NCBI RefSeq assembly: GCF_009914755.1
Contig: NC_060939.1
DNA from: the human T2T-CHM13v2.0 reference genome, Homo sapiens
Reading direction: 5' to 3' (one strand)
DNA: 64,000 nucleotides
Part shown: piece after piece, positions 51,200 through 64,000 of the stretch
Position numbering within the stretch: the first letter of the stretch is position 1
Layout: each line of letters starts with the position of its first letter
Notes under the pieces: generated by a model
Told to the model about the DNA's origin: nothing
Databases searched by the model: none
What the model saw: only the letters and a program-made list of their open reading frames with translations
Translations under genes and position numbers: made by a program

Positions 51200-54100
51200 A
51201 TGGAAAAGATAAAGTATAGACTGGGAGAAAAGACTTGCAAATCATACATCTGACAAAAGACTTCTATCCAGAATACACAAATAATCCTCAAAACGCAACA
51301 CTAAGAAATCTAGAGTAAGTCGGGAGTTTAGTGAATCACAATGAACTGATGTTGATTTCTTAAGTTTTAACAGATATGCCAAGGCAATGAAATATGTTAC
51401 CAATAGTAGAAACTGGGTGAGAGTTACGTGGCAACCCTCTGGAGTATTTCTGCAACTTTTCTATAAATGTAAAATTGTTCCAAAATAAAATGTATTTAAA
51501 AACTCAACAAAAATAAAATAAACAACCAAATTTTAAAAATAGACAAAAAACTTGAATGGACACTTCACCAAAGAAGAGCTGTGGATGACAGGCACGTCAA
51601 ACAATGTTCAGGATATCAGTGAAAATAGAGTAAGGACCTCTGAAAATTATTTTCTCCCTAAAAGCCACAAGACCACAGGCAAAATTTGTCTACATCAAAA
51701 TTTTAGGACTTGGGTTATTAACTAGAGGCTTGCAACAATCTGAAGAGTATTTATTTTATTTAAAAAAAAAGAGATGGATCTCATTAAAAACAGTGAACTT
51801 TATGGTATTTAACTTGCCTTCTATCGAACCACCACCACACTATCCCAGTTCCATAGTTCCCTTGAAAACCATCAGCCTGAAACCACAGCTTTGAGGATTA
51901 AACAACACACTTTTAAATAAAGCATGGGTCAAAGAAGTCTCAAAATAAATTTTAAAATATGTTTCGTTAAATGAAGATGAAAATAGAACTTACCGAAATG
52001 TGTGTGATGCAGTGAAAGCAGTGCTTCGGATAACATTCATAGCATTGAATGCACATACTGGAAAGGAAGAAAAATCTAAAATCAGTAATCTGAGCTTCCA
52101 CTTTAAAACTAGAGAAAGAAGAGCAATGTGATCCTAAAGCAAGCAGAAGAAAGTAAATGATAGAAATTAGAGCAGGAATCAATGAAATTAGAAACCGTGA
52201 TCACAGATCATGCAGAAAATGCCAATAGAAAAATTAATAAAACCAAGTCTGATTCTTCAAAAGATCAATAAAATTGACAAACCTCTAGCTAGGCTAACCA
52301 ACATAAAATGAGAGAACACATAAATTGTTAATATCAAAAATGAAAGAGAACTCATTGCTTCTTATCCCAGGGATATTAAAAGGATAATAAAAGAATATTA
52401 TGAGCAACCCTATACCCACACATTTAATAGCAAAGATGAAATGCAACAATTCCTTGAAATAGGCAAACATACAAAAAGAAATATATGATCTTAATGGGCT
52501 TATATCTATTTTTAAAACACAATCAATAATTAACCTTCCAAGCTAGAAAGCACCAGGCCAATATCGTTTCACTGCTGAGTCATACTAAATATTTAGGGAG
52601 GAAATAGTACTATTTATCTACAATCACTTCCAGAAGCAGAGGGAAACTTTCTAATACCCTAATAGCAAACCAGACAAAAACATTACAAGAAGAAATCATG
52701 CAATTGGTTATCTCTCATGAACACAGATGCAAAAACCCTCAACAAAATATAGCAAATTGAAACAACAATGTATAAAAGTAGTTATATGCCATGACCAAGG
52801 AGATTTATTTGAAGTATGCAAGGCTAGTTCAACATTCAAAAATTTATTACTGTAACCCATCACATCAATGGATGGGGAGAAGAAAAATCTAAGGAAGAAA
52901 AATCACATGATCAAATCAATACATGCAGGAAAAGAAATTGACAAAATCCAACACCCTTTTATGATTTAAAACTCTCAGCAAACTCGGAATAAAGGGGAAC
53001 TTTCTCAACTTCATTAAAAAATCTACAGAAAACTTATAGCTAACATATTCAATGATGAGAAACTAGATGTTTTTCCCCTAAGTGCGGAAATAGAACAAGC
53101 AGTCCTCCCTTACTCCTATTCAAGATCATACTGGAAGTCCTAGCTAATAAAATAAGGCAAGAAAAGACAAGAAAGTATATGAACATTGGAAAGGAAAAAA
53201 CAAAACTGTATATCACTTATGACATGATCATGTAGAAATTGCCAAAGAATTGATGGAAAAAAAACCCTCCTAAAACTAATAAGCAATAATAACAGGTTTA
53301 CAGGCTATAAGGTAAGCATAATAGCGTCCATCACTTTCCCATATATCAGTAAAAAACAACTGGGATTTGAAATTAAAAACACAATACTATTTATATTAAC
53401 ATCAAAAAAAGTGTGCACACACAAAATCTTAGGTATAAAAGGCATCCTCAAAAAAACCCGCAGTTAATATCATACATACTTAATGGTAACAGACTGGATG
53501 CTTTCCCTCCTAAGATCAGGAAAAAGGTAAGGATGTCCACCCCACATCACTTCTATTCAACACTGTACTAGGGGTTCCACCCAGAACAAATAAGCAAGAA
53601 AAAGAAATAAAAGGCATTCAGACTGAAAAAGAAGAAGTAAAACTATTGTTATTTGCATATGACAAATTATATATTAAAAATTCTAGAGAATTCATACAAA
53701 AAAACTAACAAATAAGTTCAGTGAAGTTGTAGGATACAAGATCAATATACAAAAATTAGTTGTTTTTTCATATACTTGCAATGAACAATGCAAATGAAGT
53801 GATTTTGCAATGAAAAAATGCAAAAATTAAGAAAGCAACTCTGTTTACAATAGCATCAAAAAGAAGAAAATACTTAGGCATAAATTTAACAAAAGTGAAA
53901 AACTTACATTCTAAAACTATAATACATTATTGAAAAACATCAAAGAAAACATAAAGAAATGAAGAGGCATTCAGTATAACACTATCAAATTGATCTCCAG
54001 ATTCAAGGCAATTCCTATCAGAATCCCAGCTGACTTCGTAATAGAAATTGGCAAGCTCGTTCTAAATGTCTTATGGAACTGTGAATAACCTGGAATATCC

Positions 54101-54320
54101 AGAACAATTTTGAGAAAGAATAACACTGTAGGAGGACTGACAATTTCCAATTTCAAAACTTACTAAAAAGCAATAATAATCAAGAGAATGTGGTACACAA
54201 ATAGACATATGGCTCAATGAAGTAGAATTTAGAGTCCAGAAATAAATATCTTCATCGATAGTCAATGGATATTTGACAAGGGTTCCAGGAGTGTTCATTG
54301 GGGAAAGAATGGTCTTTCTT
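51200..54320 (+). mobile_element. Stack of old L1M ORF2 fragments
   Basis: Degraded EN/RT-region sequence; RT region present twice (~53020-53430 and from ~53441). Confidence 0.8.
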
Positions 54321-54572
54321 TCTTACCATGGTAAGTCGGACCTGAGCTAAAACTCCATTAATTACTTGGCCTCCATAAGCCCCTACTTTAACTGGAGGAC
54401 CACAATGACATTTTGTGTTCCCTGAAATCAGCATCAGCTCAGAGCCAGTGTCCAGTAGTCCCTGGAATGTCTGATCACTTCCCTTTCCCCAGTGCACAGT
54501 TACCCTGGTAAAAGGTCGGAGGTCTCCTTGGGGAAGGATGGGTGGAAGATTCACTGCACAAATTGTTGGTAA

Positions 54573-54988
<416 letters not shown>

Positions 54989-56690
54989 GATTCTGTTTTT
55001 ATAATTCAAATTCGTCTTGTCCATTCAAACTAGAAGTTTTCTTCTTATATAAATTAAGTAGGAATGCAGTAGGCTTCCTATCAGTTTCACTTCTAGGAAC
55101 ACCGTGATTAATTAGCCAATGCCAGAGCTCTACACAAATCAGACTATCCTGATCGTGGCTTTGTTTCTACTGTCCATTGGGATAGCTACGCCCACCTTCC
55201 CTTTGATGGTTGAGTGCCACCACTTGGCCCCTGCCACCTCAGTATCCAATTATTCCCATTGTATTTAAATTTTGTAGTTGAGTGACTGTGGTTCCCACTG
55301 TTAGATCTGACATACAGAGAAAAGCAATTACAGGGCTCTTCAAAGATGCAGGTGCTGCCCTCACAAATCTTTTTTGCAAGGCATTGGTAAAGGGTATATT
55401 TTCTAGACCCTCTCAGATGGGATGAGTAGGTCTAAAGTGACTAATCCATTCCACCATACCAATCTCACTAAGTCTTTGGATCCCTTCCTCTACATTAAAC
55501 CAAGGGAGATCAGGCATTTCCAGCTCACTCACGGCAGGCCATCTTTTAATCCGCATTTCAGCTAACCAAGCAAATAAACTATTATAACCTTTTTTAACTC
55601 CCTGAGCTGCAATATTAAATGCAGAGTCCCTACTTAGTGGGTCCAAATCAATAAATTCAGCCTGATCCAACTCTATGTTCCTTCCACCATTATCTCATGC
55701 CCTTAATATCCATTCCCATGCCTGTTCTCCAGATTTCTGTTTATAGAAATTAGAGAATTCAAGCAGTTATTTTCAAGTATAGGGCACCTTCTCATGGGTC
55801 ACATTCTCAACCTCACCTCTAGGGGCCTACCAGGACTTAGTCTAGTTATAGGTCTAGAAGCAAACAGAGGTGTTGGGGGTGGCTTCTGAGGAGAATCAAC
55901 ATTATTTCACCCGGCAACTGCCTCAGGGGAGGCCATCACTGTTGCCTCAGGTAGTGCAGGGTTTATCTCCTGAGACAGAGATGGAAAGGCTGATGGCAGC
56001 ATGGGTCGGGGAGGAGATGTTGTCACTACTGGGGATGGGAAAGCCGTTCCTTCTGGCAAAAAATGGTTCATCAGAGTTTACAAACTCAGGGTCCCCAGCC
56101 TCACCAGGGTCCTCCCACACATCCTCATTCCAAGTTGCAGGGTCCCATTCTTTTCCAATCCATGCCCTCACTTTAACAGTAGACACCTAGCGAGGCTGTG
56201 CATGCATCTTTCATTGCAGGTCAGCCTCTCACATGATAAGAGCTTGTGTCTGTTTTTCCACAATTTCAGTTCTTTCTCCACAAGGGATAAGACTCTCAGG
56301 GCAATCTCAGCAGATCTGGGACTCAGTATCTGCTTCTGAAGCTGGGAGACAGAATCCCTGAGTTCATCATTTTCTTTCATCACTTCGTCCACTGAATTTT
56401 GGAGCAACCAACCAACTAACTTCATTATGTTTCTTGGTTCTCCACATATGGTCAAAGGTATTATGTAGAGAGTCACTCAACTCCTTGCCTCTCACAAACA
56501 GGGAATCAGGAATGCCAAATGCATTTATTTTGCATAACTCTCTAAACAGTTCACTCCAATGACGATCGGTGTTCTCCATACTATTAGAAGTAGAGTCCTT
56601 AGCATTTTGGGGTCTAATCATATTAAGAAGCCAACTCCAAAAACCCCAAAACCAATGAAAGAACTCCATCTTTAATATTCTGTTCCTCTG

Positions 56691-56708
56691 GAACCACTCC
56701 TGGTACCA
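56691..56708 (-). other. tRNA-Leu primer-binding site of HERV-L
   Basis: Minus strand TGGTACCAGGAGTGGTTC, 5 nt after the LTR end; complementary to a tRNA-Leu 3' end. Confidence 0.8.
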
Positions 56709-56713
56709 AAATC

Positions 56714-57137
56714 TGTATTAGGGTTCTCTTAGAGGGACAGAACAAATAGGATATATATATGCCTATTAAGTATTAACTTACGTGATCACAAGGTCCCAAA
56801 ATAGCCTGTCTGCTAGCTGAGGAGCAAGAAGAGCCAGTCTGAGTCCCAAAAAACTAAGAACTTGGAGTCCAATGTTCAAGGGCAGGAAGCATCCAGCATG
56901 GGAGAAAGATGTAGGCTGGGAAGCTACCCCCATCTCTTCTTTTCACATTTTTCTGCCTGATTTATATTCACTGGTGGCTGATTAAATTGTGCCCACCAGA
57001 TTAAGGATGGATCTGCCTTCCCCAGCCCACTGACTCAAATGTTAATCTCTTTTGGCAACACCCTCACAGACACACCCAGGATCAATACTTTGTATCCTTC
57101 TATCCAATCAAGTTGACAGTATTAATTAACCATCACA
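56714..57137 (-). mobile_element. MLT2A1-like 5' LTR of the HERV-L
   Basis: Minus-strand TGTGATGG...TAATACA termini; followed by PBS and gag. Confidence 0.92.
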
Positions 57138-58020
57138 TACTGTCATGTTCTTCAGTAATTTTTATTTATCTATTAAGTGCTTTAAACATATTTTATAATC
57201 TCTTTCAGATAGCTTATTACATTTCCATTTATTAGATGTTTATTCTACTATTAGTTTTGTCTGCTGATACTCTCGTGTTAATTCATTTTCTTATGCAGGC
57301 CTGTGATATTTTAATTGTGAGCTTAACTCCTATGGGAATACTGTGAAAAATTTTCTTATAAGGCAGTTTCATATTTGCTTCTGCCACGGCCCTAGGAGTT
57401 TCAATATCTCCATGTCAGTTTGTATAATTTCTCCCCTTACGTTTTCTGCACCATATGTGTTATACATATATTTAGATATTTAGATTCAATACCCACACAA
57501 GCTATTGGCTTGGATTTCAACTTCTTATGAGTGAATTGTCCTCCCCACTCCACCCCATGCCCAGCCCTGAGCATAACATTTCATCTTTCATATGTCCCTG
57601 TCATAGTACAGTGCCTGAAACTGAAGAGACTATTTCTAATAGAGTTAGCCAATGAAGAAAAAGACTAAATAATCACCTCCCAAACTGATACCATACCCCC
57701 ATTAGTTAAGCCTAATATACAACCTAATAAAAAGCAAGTGGTTTCTCGCTGCAATTATTCCAGAGAGTAATCATTTTTTAATAAAAATTATGCAGCAAAT
57801 CTTGTAATTTTGGAAACTAGAAAGGACCAAAAGTTATCAGATAATCTCTGCTGTTTACAGCTAAAGAATTAAGCAATTTGCTGAAAGACACACAACTATT
57901 GCAATCGGAAAGAATAGTCTAGTCAGGTTTCCTACCTCACAATCCTGGGTCCCTTCCATTTAATGAGTTTCCTCTCTAAATTGTGTCTCTTCCATGGAGA
58001 TATAAAGAGAAATGCTGAAA

Positions 58021-58050
58021 ACACACACACACAAGCACGCATGCGCGTGT

Positions 58051-58088
<38 letters not shown>

Positions 58089-58102
58089 ACACACACACAC
58101 AC
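58021..58102. repeat. Compound (CA)n with embedded GCACGCATGCGCGTGTGC
   Basis: Direct reading. Confidence 0.95.
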
Positions 58103-58525
58103 CTCTCAGTGTTCTCCTTTAACTAGCCTGGAAATTTATGAGAAAATTCCTCTTCTTGTTTAAAGCATGTACAAATATGGAAAGAAGATTTAAGAAAAGC
58201 ACTAATGGTCTCATTGAGAAAAGAGAATTGATTCTTGATTCAAAACAAAACTCAATATTCCATTTAAGTTAATGCCTGGATTTTGTGTCAGCTGCCTAGA
58301 CTTGATTTTTCCATTCATCATAAAGATTATTTGGACCATATGTTTTGGACTACCCGTTTCTATTTCTTTCCTTCTTCCCTCCAGATGCTGTGCCCCATGA
58401 TGTATTTCTAAGACTAGGTATGGTATGTCAGAAAGGGAGGGGGCAGTACCCCTGCCACAGTGGGTGTTTGTGTTTTCATGCTATGAATCTTATCCTATAT
58501 GGACAGCAGAGCATGTTAAAAACAT

Positions 58526-58652
58526 TTTCCTTCTCTCTCTCCCTTCTCCCTTCTTCCTTTGCTTTTGTCCTTCCTTCCTTCCTTGCTTCCTTCCTTCCTT
58601 TCCTTCCTTCCTTCCCTTTCCTTTTCTTCCTTCCTTTCTTCCTTCTTCCTTT
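58526..58652. repeat. (TTCC)n-rich polypyrimidine tract
   Basis: Direct reading. Confidence 0.9.
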
Positions 58653-60349
58653 TGTTCTTAACACAGTGTGTAACTTCATTCTCTTTATAAAAGACTGAAG
58701 TAATAGAAAATTACTGTATCTAGTGTGAAATGTGATATTCCCTTCTAAACACTCCTACTGTCTTCCAGAAATAGCAACCATTCACAGTTTGGTGGGTTTC
58801 TTGTTCTATAGTCTTCTTTTCTATTCATTTTCATGCATGCATATGTAAATACAAATAAATTTTTATAAAATGGAATCAGACTCTAAACATTGTCCTGAAA
58901 TCTGTTTTCTTAATAGTATGTCTGAAATTGTACTGAATCATTTCACATTAGCCTACCTCTTTTTCAAGTGCTATTTTGTTACAATAGCTAATACTTTTGT
59001 GGAAGTAACTATGTTAAGGATCTATTCTAAGTGATTTACATTATTAAATCACTTAATTCTCCAATAACCCTAGGAGGTTAATAAAACTATTATGCTTATT
59101 TTATTGAGGAAGAAATTAAGGAAATTTGGTAATATTGTTAATTTTCTCAAAAACACAGCAAATTACTGGTGGAGATGAGATCCAATCCCAGATAGTCTGA
59201 CATCAGAATGCATGCTTTTAACTACTAGGCTTCATTACTCCTTTGTGATGTAAATGTTCAATAATGTATCTAAATAGTTCCCTATTAAAGAAACTTTAGA
59301 TTGCTTCTCATTTTTCACCATTATGAACAATGCTGTAATTAGCATCCTCATACATGGCATCAAGTCTATCAATCTTTTCGTTTACAGCTTCTGAGTTTGT
59401 GTCTTGTGTGGGAAGGCCTCTCGAGTCCTAGGTTATAAATAATCCTTCTTCATTTTGTTTCTGTAACTTTTATGGTTTGACTTTATTCATTTCGCACTTG
59501 AGTCCCTCTGGAATTTATTTTGATATATGGCATTAGTTAGATGTCTAATTTGATTGTCTTCCATATGGATAGCCAATTGTCCCAACATCATTTCTGATAT
59601 CTTTTTTTTTTTTTTTGGTTGAGAAAACATTTCCCGAGAAAATCTTTTAAGATTTTAAAACAGCTTACGTTGGCACATTAAAATCTACCCATACTTAATC
59701 AACTGTAGAGAAATATAAATACAAAATGGCTCATTAAACATACAGGAAAAATCTAGTTTACAGGATGGGGAAAACAAGGAGAGAAACCAGGGAACCAGGG
59801 ATTTTTCCCCATGACAAATGCATTGAATAAATAATTCATAATGGAAACATTTTGGACTCAGTTCAGATCCTGGCTCTGCCCCTCAACAATAGTTGGTCTT
59901 GAATAAATTCTCTAACTTCTGTCTCTCTTTCCTCACCTGTAAAGGTGATGGTGGTAATACCCATCTTAGAAAGCTGCTGTGATGATTGCAGCACCTGATG
60001 CTCAGTAGATGCATCATTATAAAAGGTCTAATTTTCCATCTGCTGCTAAAGAACTCAAGTGTCCCCAAAAGACTGCCCTATTCTTATACCCAAACCTCCA
60101 TAGATGGTACAATTATTATTATTTGAGAAAATTTACTTTCATGCGACACTGTACAATGTTATCAGTTGGTTCCTGGCTTCCAGGGAAAGATTTCCAGAAG
60201 TAGCTGGAAAGGTAATTTTTTTTTCTTGAAAGCATGAAGAGAACCCAATTTATTTATTTTTATGGGCCCAAAAACGCTCAGAAAAAAGAGAAATTGTTGA
60301 AAGGCAAATTATGTCTCTCTTTTTGTCCTATATTCCTCCTCCATAGTTG

Positions 60350-62140
60350 TTTACTTCAGGTCTTATCCTTTTTCAGTCTTTCTGTTCCACTGCCACCATT
60401 GACAACGAACCTAACCTCACCTCCAACATTGGGGAAAATAAAACTCGGCTTTCCTCGGCTTCCTGCTACCAACTAGCGCCTGCACCTACACTCGGTCCAT
60501 TCTCCTTCCCACCTATCCCTCCCACACTTGCCTGTACTCTGTACCCCTCTCCTGACTGCATTCCTGTATCCATAATCTCCTCCCTCTCTATCTCTTCAGC
60601 CTCTTCCTCTCTATGTTGGCTTCCTTTATTTGAAAAACGATCCAAAGCAGCCCTCATGTTCACTACCACCACCAGAACCACCACCAAATCCTCCCTGCAC
60701 TCCACATGTCCCTCCAGCTTTTGCCCTCTTTCCTTCCCTTTACGGCCAACCTTCTTAATAAAGGAGATGCACCCTTGCTATATCCACTTCCTCTCCTCCC
60801 TGGAAATCTCAGCCTACTGTGATCTGGCTACTGCCCCCTCTCCCAATCTGCTTCACAAGATTAACAAGAACCTCCCTGTGCTGAAACCAGTGGGAACTCC
60901 TCAGTCCTTATCTGGCTTGATCTCTTGGAAGTCTGGACACTTCTGACTGCTTCTTCCTTCTTGAAATACCCTCTTTTCCTGGATTTCATGACAATATAAC
61001 TTTTCATTTTTCCTCCAACCACTCTGTTTACTTCTTCCTAGTCTTCTTCCTGAGCCTGTCTTCTACCCATACCTTACATATCCCCAGAGTCCTGGGCTAC
61101 GTCCTCTTCCCTTTTTCTTTACATACATTCCTTGGGTGCTCCAGTTAACATTCATATGCTGTTGACTTCCAAAACACAAATCCATTGTTACCCAACAGAC
61201 CCATATGCCCAACTTCCAAATAGTTCCTTTTGACCACCCACCTTAAGCCCCTTAAACACAATGTAACCCAATTAAACTTCATTGTCATCTTAACCTCTGC
61301 CTTCATCATCTTTGAAAATGACTCAATACCCAAGTCATCTTTCTCTCCACTTTTTCCCTCATGCCAAGGATGTCCATGTGATGAATGTCTTTGAATCAGT
61401 CCACTTCTCTCCAACTCCACAGGCACCACTGGCTAAACAATCATCACATCTCAACTGGATTTCTGCAGCCACCTTCTAAGTGGTCTCCTCACCACCATGC
61501 TTTCCTCTTTCCTGTCTAGTCTGATGCCGCAATCAGGAAAACCTTTCAAATCTCAAATCTGATCTTTTTATGTCTTTGTGGACACCAACCAATGCTTCCT
61601 TGTTCCTGTTATAATCAACTTCAGAGTTTTTAATATGGCTTGTGACCTTGCATGACCTTGCTTCAGTATTTCTCTGCAGCATTATCTCCCGCCACCACCA
61701 TTCCCTCCTCCTCAGACACACATGCACACACACAAACACACACACATACACCATGTCCTATACTGAACATGTTTTATTTCTCCAAATGCTCTTTTGACCG
61801 GCTCTTTTGCTGCTCTCTCTGCCTGGAATGTTCTCTATCCAGCCCCACCAGAAACCCTAACACCTTCTGCCCAACTCATACTTCAGATTTCAGTGTATAA
61901 CTCACCTCCCCTGGGAAGCCCTTCCTAGATCCTCTCTTATGAGCCCCTGTAGCAACCTAGACCATCCTTTATCAGGACTTACTCTACCATAGTAAGTTAC
62001 AAGTACTGGTTATCTGTATGTCCCCTTAACCAGTTTGTGAGCGCGGGGACTGGGGCTTTTTGCTACTATTTTCCATCACTTAGCACAATGCTGGATCAGG
62101 GTGGACACTAACAAATTATTTTTGAATGAGTGGATGAGAC
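60350..62140 (+). mobile_element. L2 LINE remnant
   Basis: Pyrimidine-rich L2 body ending 'cttagcacaatgctgg...aaattattttgaatgagtggatga'. Confidence 0.7.
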
Positions 62141-62195
62141 CTGTTTTTATGATACTCACTACTGTATCAGAAAATAATACTACATCCATGGTATC

Positions 62196-62238
62196 TGTAT
62201 TAGGGTTTCCTAGAGGAACAGAATAGGATGGATGGATG

Positions 62239-62274
<36 letters not shown>

Positions 62275-62736
62275 CATAGATACATAGATACATAGATACA
62301 TAGACAGATAGATAGATACATAGATATATTTAGATAGATAGATAGATAGATAGATAGATACATAGATACATAGATACATAGATAGATAGGAGTTTACTAA
62401 GTTTACACTTATATGATGACAGGGTCCCACAATAGGCTGTCCGCAAGCTTAAGGAGCAAGGACAGCCAGTCCGAGTCCCAAGGGAGTCCAATATTTGAGG
62501 GCAGGAAGCGTCCAGCAGGGGAGAAAGATGTAGGCTGGGAGGCTAGGCCAGTCCCCACTTTTCACGTTTTTCTGCCTGCTTTATGTTGGCTGGCAGCTGA
62601 TTAAATTATGCCCACCAGATGAAGGGTGGGTCTGCCCTCCCCAGCCCACTGACTCAACACCCTCACAGACACACCAAGGATCAATACTCTGCATCCTTCA
62701 ATCCAATCAAATTGACACTCAGTATTAACCATCACA
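62196..62736 (-). mobile_element. MLT2A solo LTR (ERVL)
   Basis: Intact termini; perfect TSD gtatc at 62191-62195 and 62737-62741. Confidence 0.93.
62226..62388. repeat. Compound (GGAT)/(GATA)/(GATACATA) STR inside the MLT2A LTR
   Basis: Direct reading. Confidence 0.97.
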
Positions 62737-64000
62737 GTATCCCAACTAGACAGTTTTGTCAGGGTTAAGAGAAATGTATAATTAATATGGTTTCGTTTAA
62801 AAAAAATCACTATGAGCATTTACTAAAATAAATTATATGTAAAAATTATAATAGATGAGATGCCAGTTATAGCAACATTTGTCTTTTAAAAGAACATCAC
62901 TGAGCACTTGGAGGTGCATTTCACCTCCCACTACTTCATAGATGAACAGTTCCAACCTAACTCCATCCACGACTCTTGTTCCTCCTCATTGTCCTCACTC
63001 ACAGAGCCCAGGAGCCTCTCCATGTTTTTAGGAGACCTGGGCCATCTTGCTGCAACCACTGGGCCAGAGGCATCAGGGATGAGTAAAAAAGTGGCTCCTT
63101 CAGGATTCAATCCCTCTGTTTTTTTGTTTTTGTTTTTTTTTAGCTGCAACACACAGCACCACACTTCTTTATATCCCAGTTGTTTTCTTTGACATACTAA
63201 CCAGCAAAATCATACTTTCCTAATGTGATTTACTTGAACTGAGGCTAATGCTTAAATAAAGAGCGTCCACATGACCACCTCTTTTTATGTCCAAAAAGGA
63301 AAATCCACCATTCACCACAGTACCTCTCGATGCTTTTCGCCTAACTAGGAGCAGTCAGAAAAGTTACTTTAAAATCAATGGGTGATTACTAATTTATCTT
63401 TCCACTACCTCATCAAAATCTCTGGATATTCACAGTTTCCCTCTTCAACTTGTCTGTATTAAGCACTGAAAATAGAAACATTGTGCAGACAACATGGAAT
63501 TATAATCGTATAAACCTGAGTTTGAGCTTTAAAATTTACTCAACCTCTCTGAGATTCAGTTTACTTTGCTGGAAAAAAAATATCAACTTCATGAAGTTGA
63601 TACAGAGGATTATCACATATATAAAGCACCTAGCACTCAATAAATATTGGTACCATACTTCTTCCCCCACATACACTGGGGATTCAGTAAGGTCAGTCCC
63701 AAAGAAAGGCACCCAAACTCAAGTGCAAATAAACAGGAGACACCTCCTGATTCTAAAGGCTCAAAGCCATGCTTAAAATCTTTATAAAAGACCATGAGAA
63801 AATCCCTTTTCATGAAAATTAGATGGTTGAGCAGAGGAACCAGAGTGAGCGGACAGTCTGTGTGTCCATAACATCAAATGGTGGAAGGGCCTCAGATGAG
63901 CTCAGAATTTCAGGTGGACATAAACCAACAGCTGAAGTTCAGAAGACAGAGTCATGACAGTCCCATTTCAATCTACAGGACGCAAACCAGCTTATGTTGA

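Noticed and set aside
60347-60946. 199-aa ORF
   Set aside because: Within decayed L2; Ser/Pro-rich low complexity.
56714-62736. The two MLT2A LTRs as paired LTRs of one provirus
   Set aside because: The right LTR has its own perfect TSD, the DNA between is L1/MIR/L2 and simple repeats, and the HERV-L internal sequence lies left of 56714.

Overview
Human-type (primate) non-coding DNA, very rich in transposable elements; the AluYa5 at 32981 points specifically to human. I find no intact protein-coding gene, RNA gene or CRISPR array, and nothing I can support as a new biological system. The only host-gene-derived sequence is a disabled, processed RPL7L1 retrocopy (minus strand, ~31191-32456). 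It is fused at its 5' end to a full-length AluS, and both sit inside one apparent target-site duplication (TSD), which suggests a template-switch chimera. Other notable structures: (1) a twin-primed, 5'-inverted L1PA2-like element whose inversion creates an ATG-initiated ORF over the reverse transcriptase (RT) core; (2) a neighbouring L1PA4-like element sharing unusual variants with it (possible local gene conversion); (3) a HERV-L/MLT2A provirus cut off in the protease against a 3'-truncated L1; (4) a ~6 kb nested hAT-Charlie fossil; (5) a perfect 84-bp tandem duplication; (6) MLT2A LTRs with DUX4-type motifs. Repeat subfamily names come from my recall of consensus sequences and need RepeatMasker/Dfam confirmation; boundaries of old repeats are approximate.
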